Shown: one piece after another, positions 1 to 13,399 of the stretch | Position numbering within the stretch: position 1 is the first letter of the stretch | Layout of the letters: each line of letters opens with the position of its first letter | From: Camelus ferus | Taxonomy: Eukaryota | Direction: 5' to 3' | NCBI RefSeq assembly: GCF_009834535.1 | Contig: NC_045696.1 | Location: 4,528,001-4,592,000, forward strand | DNA length: 64,000 bases | Position numbers and translations under genes: made by a program | The notes under the pieces: model-generated | Told to the model about the DNA's origin: nothing | The model's input: only the letters and a program-made list of their open reading frames with translations | Databases searched by the model: none

Positions 1-1389
1 AAATCCTTGATTGAATTACCTCACCTGATCAGGGACAGTCATCATGTTTTAAAGCAGTCAACTTGTCCTGCGATGTTCTGAAAATGCTCTCAGGAGAGCT
101 TCAGTTGCAGTGCACTGGAATGGGTCTGCACATATGTGCATACACATACTGCAACATTTCCATGGGATGGGATCACAGTGTGTTGTGTGTTATCACAGTT
201 TCTCTTGATTTTAACCCCCATGAGCACATTCTCATTTACGATTCTTGTGAAGAGCATAGGTGGGCCTCCAGACACGCAGAACAATGACTAATCAGCAGAC
301 TTGGTCTATAGAATACATCTGTGCTCTTTCCTGCATCTCTGTTATTATGTACACATGTGTCCCTGACATCTTTCCCTGAGCCGTGCAGTTCTGGGCTTTG
401 CCGCTGTGCCGTTTTCAGGGAGCCCGTGGAGCTTAGAGAAGCTGGGTGTGAGGAGAGAGAAGGGTGCTCGTCATAGGGAAATTGGGCTGTGTGGCACCTT
501 TCCGTGTCACCTGTCATCACAGGAAATTACATACTGCAAACTTGTATTTGATTTAAATTTAGGAGCAGATGTTTGTGACTGCAAATGCACCTTGTGGACT
601 TTAAGGTGATTTTTATTTAATTGGTGTGAATATGTGGAAGTAGAAAAAGGTTATTAGGTGAATAGATTCAGGGCTTCCTCCTCTTTCTCCTTCTCCTATT
701 TTTATTAAGTAGATTAAAATTCTATCCCTGAGTGACAGGGTTCATCTAAAATTTCTAGGTCTCTTAAGCTGCGTGCCCCTGCAAGATGCCCTCTGTAGGA
801 AAACAAAATGCCATGCAGACCTTTAATAAATGCCAGCTGATTCTTCTCGACTTATTACTCTCTCCTGGATGCCACTTTAGTGTGACCACAGTTTGTTGCT
901 GCCTCAGGGAACCAGGGACTCACGGCAGATCTGGTACAATACAGCATGCTGATAGGGGAAATAATTTTGACCAAGGGAAAAAAGCCAATCTAAATCCCTA
1001 ATTCCTGGACTTCCACGTAGCTGTCAGAGTATTTTATCACTGATGTGTCTGGGATGAGGTGTAGTGAGTATTTCGTTAAGAGACCTAATGCAGTAGGCAT
1101 TGAAACCCATGTGAAGGAGAGAGAGGGGGTGGGGAGAGAGAGAAGAAAATAGAGAAGGTCATTTTATAAAGAGAGACCTAAGAACACTGCAGGAGACTAG
1201 AAATTTGTATCTGAAAAAATAAAATGACAGATTTTTCAGTGGATGTATTTACAAAATCTGCGGCATCCCAATGTCACAAAATTAGCTGAATTCTACGGCT
1301 GAGATTATGAATGTGCCTCATAAATAATTAATAGCAGTGAAAATAATACAGTTAGCATTAGGTTAGGCAGAGCACTCAGCAGCCTTTCA

Positions 1390-2200
1390 GAGGCGGGCAC
1401 GTGGGTTTTCTGGGTTTCCAAGTGTGTTTGGCGGAGCAGGCAGGGAGGCCCCTGGCCTTCCCAGGAGGACGCCGTGTCTGGGCATTTTCTGGGCGCCGCG
1501 CTGCCGCGCATTCTGGCTCTCGGTGACCGGCTCCATCGGAGGCCTGAGAGATAGTGAGGTGGTGCTACCTGCATGTCAATTGTGTCCCTGCTACAGGACA
1601 CTAGTGGGCGGCAAACCTCACAAGACTGGTGCAGCCAGCCTTCAGCAGAGCAGACGAAAGCGCCGCCTCCGAGGAGCAGTGAGCGCACTGCGCCTTCCTC
1701 TCGCGGCTCCTCAAGTTCGCCGGGCCCAGACTCCCAGCTCCCGGAGTTCAGTCCAGTGGGAGCAACGAATGCAAAGGCTATGGCAGGCGAGGCAGGGTCC
1801 GCCGTCTTTGTTTCCAACTTTACAAAGCAGGCCCGTGTTCACCGCAACACACTGAAATCTAGAAGGTGCAGAAAAAGGAACAGACAGTGTCCAGGGCTGG
1901 TGGGCCGCGGAGGGCGCATCGGCCTCCCAGCTTCCAGCTGGCAGGGGAGCCCGGCCTGGGCGTGCGCCTCCTCCCGGCCGAGGTGGCGGCTCCGGAGCAG
2001 CCCCGCTCCTGATTGGCTGACCTTCCAATGTCATTCCAGGAGGCGCAGCTCCTTCTCCTGCAGCTGGGGACGCGGGTGAAGCTGACGCTCCCGCCCCTCT
2101 GCAGTTCGTCCAGCTCCGCGGCCGCCTGCGGGTGTCCAGGACCCCGGCCATGCTCCCCCAGGCAAAATGGACAGCCCCTATTCGCCTGGACCAGGTGTTA
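1390..2200. promoter_or_regulatory. CpG island / probable promoter of an unidentified gene
   Basis: Sharp rise in GC and CpG against a CpG-depleted background. Contains an NF-Y-type CTGATTGGCT at 2009-2018, CCAAT at 2025-2029, a GC box CCCGCCC at 2090-2096 and GCGGCCGC at 2119-2126. Confidence 0.75.
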
Positions 2201-5200
2201 ACTCTTCACATTCCAGAGAGCCGAGCACGGAAATTCTCATCTTCCATTCTCCTCTTCTCTCTCTTGTCCCTCCCCCTGTATTTAGGTTCTTTTTAATGTT
2301 TTGAAAATATGAAAACATTCGAAGTTGCATGTCCCTTACTGAATGTATGGATTAAGATTAAGACGGGGGGAATGGAAGATTCCAGCAGCCCGACTTGTAC
2401 CCGCTGTGCATGTCTGAATTCCCAGTGTGCAGTGCAGGGGGTTCCTTGTGCCGGTGGCACCATGTACACCGAGGCGGCAGGCAGGAGGGCAGCACCCCAA
2501 GGAAGGTGTAGATGGCCGATTTTGGGTACAGAGGTTAGCTAGCTTCTGAGCAGGATGTTTGTTAGGACGGAATTCAAAGACCTGTTCCCTCCAAATTAGA
2601 TTCCTGCATTATAACTCTTTCATAAAACCCTGCTCATTTCCTTGATAGTGTCTAGGGCAATGTGTAACCCTGCTTATTTATTTGGTGCTTGTTTGGCTAG
2701 TGACTGTCTCCCTCACTCGATGGCAATGTCCAGAGATGAGGCTTCTGCAGTTCCAGAGCGTGTCAGCACAGAGCAAAGTGCATGCAGAGTAGGTGGGGAT
2801 AGATGTTCTCTGACTGCGAGGAAGAAGAGACAGATAATGTGCAGAGCCTCTCTCCCCTCCCTGGCCCCCTCCTCTCTCCCATCTGCCTCTCTCCCGCCTC
2901 TGTCTTATCCTTCCTTGCCGAGTTTGCTGCTTCTCTGCCTAGATCTCTAATTCTACTGTGGAAACCATTGTGAGAAACACACAGAAGCAACAGTGTGGGT
3001 TCCTTGGCTCCTGCCACTTTGCTGGACACACTAACTTGATGGCTGCAGAAATGTGTATTTTCTAGCAATGCTTCTGGGGCTTTTTCTTCTCTTTTCCAAA
3101 ATGGATTCACATTTGAAATATGTGATAAAACTTCATCACAGTTACATAACAACGATACAATTACTTTAGGTGCTCTTTGTGCCTTGGATTGGGTTAAATG
3201 GCACAGAAAATAAGTTAATAAATGTGTTGGATACACTGTTCTCAAGTGTACGCTGTTAAGTGGCAGGATTCAAAAATCCTGTATGAGGTTTAATGCCCTG
3301 TCGCATTCTGAAAGCCAGTCCGAAACATCAAACCAACACGTAAGTTTCCCTAGGGGTTCCTGGGAATTCATTTTTTCATCAAAGAGCCACCCAAGACATC
3401 AAAACAGAGCTCAGTTTCTTAGGTCTTCATTGTCTTTAAAAAAAAAAAAATCACACTACTATTTTCTTAAGCATTCTATTGATTTATGGGTGTCTGTCTC
3501 ATTGTTATCTTTTCCCCCCTATTTTCCAGCAAAACTAAACGTAAAAGTTGTTTCCTTCGTCAGAGTTACATGAAAGGAATATGTTTTACTTGTTAAAATT
3601 ATTATTTGTATTCAAATATAAGAATAAAATCAGGTGTCTTGGAGCCTACAATATTTATCATTGTTTGATTTTTGGAGATCTGTCTTTTTTATGCTATATT
3701 GGTCAAAATTTATGTCTTAAAAAGTCATTCAATTGGATTAATTTTTGGTCTTTAAGCCCCCCTGGGTTATGTAAATACATATCTTGGTGCAACAGAGAGG
3801 GATGAATGGGGTTGACAAGATAGATGATGAGATAAGACGGAGAGAGGCTACTACACAGAGAGACAGAATGACAGGGATTAATGAATCTTGCCTGCATCCC
3901 TATTTAAGTTATTTTTACGCAGAAGACAGTGAGTAAGATTTAAGAGTGAGCAAGCAGTCCTATTTATAGAAAGCCGTTTTTAAATGCAGCGGCTGGGAAA
4001 GTGAAAGAAAGGAAAATGTAAGCTCACTTCCATACTAAATGCCTGGCTTCCCCTACCTTCTCCCAGCATCATAGAGATTTTTTTGGAGAAGAAAAAGCAT
4101 ACCAAGCCTTTCTGAAATACAGAGAAACTACATCAGACTCTGCAGAATATTCTTGAAATGCTCTCAGGGTTTAAGGCCATGTCAAGACTTGGAAAGTGGG
4201 GGTGGGGAGCCAATCCATGTATTACTTGGAAACTGGGCTTGGGTAGGTCTGAGCAGAGGACTGAAGGTGAAGGGAGCATGCTGAACGTGCAGCACTGCTA
4301 CGAATATTTATTCGACAGTAAGCGCTGCCTTCCTTGAAGATGCTCAACAGCAGAAAGTAGGAGGGTAGAATCCGTTTAGAGCAGAGCAATTCCCAAGAGC
4401 AGGGTTCAAATTTAGGATCTTGTGATTATCACAGGTCCCCCCATATTAATCACTTATTAAATTCTAGAGATTTGAAATTTGGTGTGTGCTCTCATAATTA
4501 ATTAGTCCAGATGGGTAGGAAATGTCATCACAGGCTGCTCGATTGATATAAATGTTCCCGGACAATGAAAAAAGAACACACTTGCTCTTAGGATTTAAAT
4601 AGTCTTCCTTCTTAGGACTGCATTTGTTCCATGTAATGTCTTGGTTTTACTGGTCCCAGGTGCACCTTATTTTCTGTTAAGGGTAGGATCCTTGAATTTG
4701 TATCGACCTACTGCTGGTTTACAGGTTCGAAGTCTGAAAAAAAGGCAGACCTACCCCAGAGTATGACACTGTGAAAAAATTGTTTTTAATCTTATGAAGA
4801 ATCATCTATACAGTGGTAGCCAATCTCCCCAGACTGTGGAACGGGCAGGTTTGATGAGGAGATTTGAACAATTTCATTGCAGATTTTCATGCACATGAAC
4901 CGTGCCTCTTTTAATATTAACATGATGAACCAGGAAGCAATTTTAAGCTTGACTTTACACAAAACTTAAGCCATTCTTCTTGCCGTCCTCTGTGCATAAA
5001 TACAGTGAAGTGAGTTTATAGTTCTTTCTAGATACTTGAATACTTGAATACTAGATACTTGAATCTCAAATTATTAGATGCTTCTGCAAAACAACAGCGG
5101 TGATAACACTCCCATTGGTGACCTCAGGGTCCCCAGGTCCCTTTCTGCATCCTCATGGGACCAGTTGATGACCATGTTAAAGCTGGGGTTAGAACCAATG

Positions 5201-6579
5201 TGAATGGGTGGCTTCCCATCCATAGGAGACTGACTAAGGTGGCCTGTGTCACACCCTGAAAAGCCACGTCATTGGAAATGGCTGAGGGCAGTGGAGGCTC
5301 TTACCATTGATTCTTTTCCTAATATTGAGTAAAACATTGATTTTTCTCATGAGACCTGTTTTTTCACTCATTGCATGGACTTCAGGGAAATGGGAAAAAT
5401 TTTACAATTCACAAGAGAAAGGCAAAGTATGAAGATAATTAGAATCACTGCAATTTGATGTGTTTTTTAATTTTACTCTTTTTTTTTTCTTTACGTAAAG
5501 ACCTGACCTCTATTGTGGAAGCTTTCGAGTAAACATATTTTCTCATTAGAGAAACTCGAGATCCATTTCTTCTCTCCACAGTAGCCCCACTGTGGCATGA
5601 TTTGATCTTGAGTTCCCATAAGACAGCAAAACCCCCAAGTCCCAGTCTGCTTAATTACAGTGTTTATTTCTTAATATCATCTGCAGAGCATTTTTAATAA
5701 CTGATTTGTAGCTGCCAGGGTAGAAATAACAATGCTTTGTAAATATTATGTGTGAGACTTCAGGGATGAACTGAAGACCCCAACAACAGCAACAGCAACC
5801 ACAACTGACTTTACCAGAGAAACAGGCACCTAGACCCCACAGAGAGGGCTCAGCAGTGATTTTCACCACCCCTTCTAGACCTCGTCACGGCCAGTTCCTG
5901 CAGAGGGTAGCCATTTGTCTAGTTCATTAGCCAGGGAAAAGGAAATGTGTGAAAAATGGGTAATGTTGTCTAAGGAAAAGAATGGTTCTTTCAGAAATTA
6001 TTCAGGCTGGTAAAACCCAAATTAGCAGCGTTTGTCTGGTACCTTGACATGACAGCAGAAATTCAGTAGGATGCTTAATTAGCAGACGTGTGTGCATGTG
6101 TATTCACCAGAATCAGTAGCTCTTAAATCTTTGCTGGCTACTGTTTTACAATAGGCTTGATGGATACTTATGTATAGAAAAAAATTGACCTAGGGGTGAT
6201 CTTCGTATTTGTTTTGAGTAATTACTTTGATTGGTGGTCAGTTCATCTGTGTCTTATGGGATCTCACTTCACCAGCCACAACCACCTCTGATCTGTAGTC
6301 ACAAGACCCCTCATTCTCCCCCTACCCCATTGCCCCATTGCTGGAGATGGGAGGGTGAGAACAGGTGCAGAATTCTGTGGTATTAGATGCTTGGAGGCCA
6401 TGGAAATAAAGTTTTATGGGAAGACCAAGTGTACAGAGGAAGGGCTGCCCCATGTCGGGTTAATGGGAGTGTGAGGGGGAAGGAGGATGTGGGTTGCCTG
6501 GAGGCCACAGGCTGGTGATGCCCTTGAACCGTGTCCCATTTAACAGGCCTCTGTCTGGATCTTTCAGGCAACGATCAGG

Positions 6580-6945
6580 GCCACTGGTTCTCAAAGCCCA
6601 GGTGGGCTTGGTCAAGGAGGAAGAAAGTTGGGCATTTCTTAGATGGCTTTTCCCCTCAGGAGCCTGGGATTCCAATGCCGGCACAATTCTGGGAACGGGC
6701 TGTAGTTTGAAAAGCTCCCCAGGTCTCATTCTGATAAGTACCTTTGCCATCTTTTTCTTTGCCGCATGGGATCCCCAACTTGACAGCATTATAAGGTTCC
6801 CGTGATCTTTTATATCATTTGTTATATAGTTTCCCGGCTGTTTCCCAGAGAGTCTGGTTCTGCAGCTCTGGAATAGGCATGGCCTAGGAATCTGCATTAT
6901 TATTCTGATCCAGGTGGCATACTCCACCTTTGGAAAAACACACAC
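6580..6945. mobile_element. MER5-like hAT-Charlie MITE fragments
   Basis: Contains ggttctcaaag...tttgaaaagctccccagg and cccagagagtctggttc...ggcctaggaatctgcatt...ctttggaaaaacac, resembling MER5A/B. Confidence 0.5.
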
Positions 6946-7281
6946 TTGGAAAGAGACTGCCCAGCCCCTGACTGAGGTAGCTGGTCAGACAGTAGCTGGG
7001 ACGTTGCTCCAGTAAAGTTTCAGGTAGACCGAATGCACCATCGGGGAGCTCTGCATTGAGCAGTGATTTACTGGGGAGGGTGCATGTATGCAGTGTTAGA
7101 GCTGCACTGACTGCCATAAGGGTTTGGGCAGATTTGGGGAGAGTTAGTGGTTGGAGCTGGTAACAGGAAAGACCCTGAGTAGAGGGAGGTGTGATCCCAA
7201 CCAGGGATTTCTAATTTGGATGCTGGTAGCTTAAGAATCTTTTGTATGTGTATCTAATATCTGTGCATATTTGTATCTGAA

Positions 7282-7312
7282 TGTGTGTGTGTGTGTGTGT
7301 GTGTATGTGTGT
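7282..7312 (+). repeat. (TG)n microsatellite
   Basis: About 15 TG units with one interruption, directly visible. Confidence 0.95.
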
Positions 7313-9304
7313 TGCGTACATTTTTTTTTTTGTTTTAGCATATTTGATATCCAGGCTTATTGCTAGCACGTGCTTTGCTGATGGACTTGGTTCTACTGTG
7401 TTTTTTGGAATTGACCCTTTCTTTGCTAGCAGCTGGAGTCCTAGCAGAAAAGCCTTTTGAACCTAAATGTAGCCGCATTGCTCCCAGCAAGAGATCAATA
7501 GTGGGAAACCGTTTGGGTTATCGTATTGAAAGAGCATAAGAGAACGCTAGGGCTGAAATGACAGGACGGGAATGTGAGTCTGTTTGCATCTTGAGATTTT
7601 GCCTGGATGCCAACCTGGGAATGTTACATGCCTTCTTTCCAGTATCAGTGCACAAGCTCCTTCCAAAGCCAGGTATAAGGATCTTGGTGCTTTGCTCTTT
7701 TGGGTTTTCTTGGCCTCTGCTCCCTTCTTTTAGGTAAATGACCCTGAGTGGACTGTATTTATCAAAGTACTGTCGTTACACTAGGTTGTTATAAAAAAGA
7801 GAAAATGGCATATAAGGACATACACGCATTTTAGACCTTGTCGCATGTATGATAAAATTGAGGACAGTTATCAGTGGCAGGATAATCTTTTCCAAACACC
7901 TTGTCCTTGATTTTTTGAACTAAAATAGACACAAATGTGTGCTGGAGAGAGGCCTAAATTCAGAACCTTAAAAATAACTTTTTGTGTCCTGAGATCTTAT
8001 TTTAGATAATATTAAAATAACTTTCCCTTATAGGCATCTGAAACAAGTCGAATGTTATAATCCTTTGGTGGTTTTATTGTGATTCACTATAGAAATTATC
8101 TTTCAGAGCAGCTGTTTTGATTTTTAGCTTTAGACGAAAAGACATTGTGGGCTGAAGAAATGTAACTTCTGCTTACTCATAAGTAGCCGAATTTGGGTAG
8201 GCGCTCTTTCTGTGCAGCCCTGGGCTCCTGCACCAGTGTTCCTGTAAAAAGTGGGGAGGGTGTTGTGTTTGGAAGTCACAAGCTCCGCCAAGGGAGTTTG
8301 TAGAAGAAGATATCCTTTAAAAATAGCTCACGGTTCCTCTCTGATTTGGAGTTTTCATAACCTCCACTGCTTGGACAGACTGCTAGCTCTTAAATTTTGT
8401 AGCCGATTAGGTTAACCTTTTTTCATCTCTCCTCCATGGAAAGGTCATAAATATTTCCATCATCAAGTTTAATAACCTGCAAGAGACCAGCAAATAATTG
8501 TAAATGGTTAAATACTTAGAAAAAATAAAAATGAGAGATTGTGTGACTCAGATTTATTACTAGAACAAATCACCTTAACTCATAGAAAATATTTATTGCA
8601 TTAATAAGTGTTGAGTGTTTTTTCCCTTAGGTTTTTAACATCTGTTCTTATGAATGAACATTACTAGGTACAGTTCACCTAATGGCCGAAGCAGTTTAAG
8701 GCAGAGCAACGAATTTATTGCAGTGAGATGAATTTGCAAGAAACAGAAAGGCCTTTTGTATTTAGCCTCTCCTCATCATTTTCACCTTTCTCTCTCCCTC
8801 CTTGGAGCAACTGTCAGACTTACATGCATACAGTGAGAGTGTAGGCAGGAAGTGATATTTCCCTGGAGTCTGGGGGCCTTTGCTGCCTCTACGGATTTCC
8901 AGAGTCACAGGTGGTTTGCCCTCACCTGGGCTGGTGGAGGGACTGCTGTGGTCCCTCAGCTGCTCAGGATGCACTGAAGTCTGGAAGCAAGGGTTGGTGT
9001 TTCTTCAGCCTGTGGGTGTCCCCCTCAGGGGTTGCCGCTGGAAGTCTGCTGTGTCTCTCTAGAGATCTCTGAATGGGGAGGGGCTGGTATTTATAATTAT
9101 TTTTTCTGAAGTGCAGAACCATATGTGTTATGAGTTATTATAAAGCTCTAAATAGAGACATCAGATACAAAGTAGACTCCATGGAGCTCTGTGGAATTAT
9201 TATTTTAGGCTCATTATTTTTTGGCAGGTGGGAGTAAGTCTCCTTTCCTCCTTTTGCGATTTGATCATTCTTAATACTTCTGACAATGTGTTCTTCAGTT
9301 ATAT

Positions 9305-9508
9305 CAGGGTTCTAACCAGGGCAGTATCACCCCTGGCGGGTATTGGGCAACATCTGGAAACATTTTGAGTTGTCACAATTCTGGGGAGAAGGGGATGCCA
9401 CTGGCATCTAGTGGGTAGAGGCCAGGGATGCTGTTCAACATCCTCCAGTGCGTGGGACAAGGAATTGTCTGGTCCAAAATGGCAGCAGTGCGGAGGTTGA
9501 GAAACACA
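9305..9508 (+). mobile_element. MER20 (hAT-Charlie DNA transposon), near full length
   Basis: Diagnostic ttgtcacaa...actggcatctagtgggtagaggccagggatgctg...ccaaaatg...gaggttgagaaac. Confidence 0.9.
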
Positions 9509-11084
9509 AGTTAAATAGTTTAGAGCCTCGTTGCTACAATATATCGGTTTTGTGCTTTTCTGTGGATTCTAGTGTGGTGCTGAAGGGAAAGCAAGAGGAG
9601 GAAGTTCTGAATCTCAGTTATAATCCCTTTGGCTGCAAAAACCATAGCTGGTAGTGCTTGTCATTGATTTTCTTTTCTTTCTTTTTTTTCCCTGAACAAA
9701 AAGAAAAAACCCCAAATCTATGAGTACCCCTTTTCACCAGTCCCTAAGAACATGAGTGCCAAAGTGTTCCTGGGTTCTTCCAGCCATTTTCCCAAGTGAT
9801 TATGCTAATTAGTGTTTGATCAGATGATTAAATTATAATTCGATTAATCCTCTGTGCTAACTGCTCGGAATGCATTTTCTCTCGCCTGGTTACTTTCTGC
9901 CCGAAGCACCCTATTCTGCAGGCGGACGGAGGCCTGGTCTTCCTGAACATGTGGATCTCTGTTTTCAAAGCGGTGCAAATCCTCTTTGTTGCCTGGGAAA
10001 GGGAGGGGGAATATTTTGTCACCTGTTCTCCCAGGCGAAGGCTGGACTGAAGAGGTCTCTGGAAACTGGAAACCCGGGTTAGAAGCACCCATTATTTGAA
10101 GCTATAGGATGCAGAGAAACATGGAAGAGGAAGCCCTGTGGCTGCAAAGGCCACCAGGCTGTTTTCCCTGGGAGAGGACTTCCTGTGTGCATCTGTCTCT
10201 ATTGTCCATTTGTCCTGTGAACATAAGCTGCTTGTGTCTGTGATGGTGGTGGAATGGTGTTCTCTATGTTTATTTCAAGTGTGTATTTCCTTCAAAACAG
10301 GGTTCTACCATTTTATTTTTGTTTTGTGTTTTACCAACATAGCTTAGGGTGATGGTGCTCACTTAGTGAGTCTACTTTTCCAAGCCCACTGCTTTACTTT
10401 GGGTGACTCTGAGGTTTGTTGAGTTAAATGCTTAGGCAGTGCTTTCTGATACAAGAAAATTTTGAATGGGTGGGAAGGAACGTGAGTGAAAAATATTGAT
10501 GGCAGTGTGTTATTAATGGATTTCTACTCTATGACAAGAGGTTACCACGGCTCATGATGTAGTTAAGTGGGCTTAGTAATGATTGGATTTTTCTGTATAT
10601 GCTGTCACTTGTTTGCCCCTTACATTATTAGCCTAGTGGGATTGTCTGGTTACCAGAAATGCGAGTGTTTAGATTATGTATAGTTGTTTTTCCCTATCAG
10701 AATGTGCATGTGTTTTGATCTTGCTGGAACTTTTGGCATTTTTCATTTAAGAATGGGCCACAAGATGATACCATGTATTATTGGTTCTGTGTGCCTCTTC
10801 CTGAGAACTTCTGGGCCATCAAAAAAATTAATGACAATATAGGGAGTAAATATCTTCTTAAATCTGCAAATCCCCCACTCCAAAAATTGTGCTATGTCAT
10901 CAGAGAGATTAAAATCTCTTGGTTTTCCTTGAAGAAATTACTTCTGCTTGTAACTCTTCCCATAAAAAAAAGGATGAGAGTAAGAGAAAACTCATATTTA
11001 TTGAGCAGCTGAAGTGTGCAGGCACCGGGCTTATGATACTATATGCACCAGTTATTATTATAAATAATAATAGTGATGATACCA

Positions 11085-11460
11085 TCAGAAATAATAGCTA
11101 ACATTATTTGTTGCTGGATGTGCGGATTGTAAGTGTATTTCCTATAATGCTCGAAGTTGTATAGGAATGTAGGCATTGTTATTATCACTGTTGTAAATAA
11201 AGTGGCATTAAGTGAGTGCTGTGGGTACCCCAGCAACTAAAAGGTAGAACAAGGCCTAAGCCCACATCTGTTTACAAACCCAAACCACTGTATGGCCTAC
11301 ATTTACCCTCCAACAGCTGAATGAATAAGTACTTTTAATCTCAGTTTTACAGAATTTGAGACTGGGGTTTGGAGATGCTGGACATGGACCTGAGGTCAGA
11401 TGGGACCTGTGATTCAAGGGCAGCATTTTGAGCCCCTGTTATCTCAAGTCACAGATTTGT
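11085..11460 (-). mobile_element. MIR fragments
   Basis: ataatagctaacatt tail, then a degenerate core (cagttttacaga...gagactggggttt). Confidence 0.55.
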
Positions 11461-12672
11461 TCAATCCACATCATGAGTATCCCCAAGTCTTCTAAACAAA
11501 GCCACATTTATACACATCTTCTTTAAACTTTGAAAATGATGAGATTAAATTTGCTTTAAAGTTGAGCCATAAAGAGTTGTTTTGAGAAAGTGAAATATCA
11601 CCTTTTAAGAATCAGTGTATAAATTGGGAAAATTCATTTACTTTTCCTTGTCAACCCTTATTCACCTATTTGAGGTTAAGTAGAGACAGTTTAATTAACT
11701 TTTATCCATTTCAATGGTGGAACTATTTCATGGTATTATATTCTATTGTTGGTGTTCTTCAAAATGAAATTGGAGAAGGGATGACATTTATATTATATCT
11801 ATATTGCACCATGGGGTCTTCCCCACCTCCCAAGTTTAAATTGTGTATCTGTCTTTACATTTCATCTGTCCTCAACTGAACACAATTTTTTCAATGCCAA
11901 AATATTAGAATAAATTTTTTTGAAATAGGTAATTGGAGACTGAAATTGGATGTGACTTTATGTCTTATGTAAAAAGACACAAACCAGTTTTGTGCATATA
12001 CATCTGAATCTTATAATTGCAACCGAATTATTTCACTGAAGTATCCATGGGACATGTATCTTGAAGAGTTTAGAAAATTCCTGCTTGGACAGTCTTACTT
12101 AATGAGCTTGAATTAAAGCTCTTATAATAATTAAGAATAGTATATGTGTGTACATGCGTGTGTGCACCCATGTACCGTGCAGTGATGACATTCTTACTGT
12201 TCTCAGACATTTGGGTAACCTGAGGACCAGTTACGCATACATGACATATTTACCTTCTGTGGAGTGTAGGAAACTTCATTGTCCAGATGTGATGAAAATA
12301 GCCCAGTTCTGTCAGTGCTCAGACCTTATATGGCCCAAGCTTCCCTTAGCTGGTGGCCGCAAGGTGGAGGAGCTCTGTTTATTGTCTGGGTGGCCTCCTT
12401 GCACTACATACCCTGCCTGGGGTTCATTAGTATGAGGTTCTAGTGGAGTCATGGCCTGGACCTCTAGTTAGATCCCTGTCTTGGAGTTTTCCTCCAATCT
12501 TATCTAATTAGCCATATCCTAAACCTTGGATTGTGGTCCCAAAGAGGGCCTGACTGAAGAGAAATGAAAAGATATTTGACATCCTCTCTACTGGCTAAGT
12601 AACCTGAAGTTTATGGGCTGTGATGATGCTTGCCGAGTCACTTTTTTATGCAGTGCTGAATGAACCTATCTG

Positions 12673-12932
12673 TAATAATCGCTGATAGTCACTGAGCTCT
12701 TACTATGTGCCAGGACCTGGGCTGAGTGCTTTATTGTACTGTCTCATTTAATCTTCAAACGAGTTTTTGAGATACTTATTCATATTATCCTCATTGTACA
12801 CTTGGCAGAAATCAGAGCTCACAGAGATAAAGTAAATTCCCTAAAGTCATATATCCAGCTAGTGGTGAAGGCAGGGTTTGAAAGTGGGTAGTCTAATTCC
12901 AGAATGCCTGCACTTGGCGACCATGCTGTACT
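12673..12932 (-). mobile_element. MIR, near full length
   Basis: actgagctcttactatgtgccagg...ctcatttaatcttca...attatcctcatt...gcagggtttgaa. Confidence 0.85.
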
Positions 12933-13399
12933 CCTCAGTTGACTAGCTCCTGGAATCTGGGCTGGCTCCTGAGCACACACACTGTTTTAAGTGGCAGTAA
13001 TTGTCTGGAGAGCCAGAAATATGAGTTATACTAGAGAGTGGGGATGGGCCAGGTAGCAAACAATGCTTTCTTAAGTTTTATTGAAGGAAGATGTTGGAAA
13101 AACTGAGGCAATGCAAGCAGTTTTGGAAGTTTCATGGTTTGTTTGTTTTAATTTCTAAAATCTTAGCTCATTCCTGAGGTAAGATGCTCTGTCACTAAAG
13201 TGTCACCAAGCACGTGCTGCCCACCCTGTGTTGCTAAGGACAGATTACCTCCACTTCCCATGGTGCAGCGTGTGTCCCGTGTCATGTATCCATTTCTGGG
13301 GTGTATGAATTAAAAATTAAACTCTCCCAAGTTTCAGTAGGCAACGCAAGGTGACGACAACCCTTAGGGATCTCAGAACCTTGTCTGTTGCCTCACCTG

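Noticed and set aside
1641..1664. REST/RE1-like TTCAGCA...AGCGCC
   Set aside because: Lacks the CACC and GGACAG cores, and the spacing is wrong.
1305..2201. Overlapping 60-170 aa ORFs on both strands in the CpG island
   Set aside because: Expected from stop-codon scarcity in GC-rich DNA; low-complexity R/P/S/G/A content and no recognisable domain.
12615..12690. C/D-box snoRNA-like layout (GTGATGA...CTGA...CTGA with a weak terminal stem)
   Set aside because: The 3' end lies in the MIR tail, the stem depends on G-U pairs, and I see no rRNA or snRNA guide complementarity. Likely chance; an Rfam or snoscan search would settle it.
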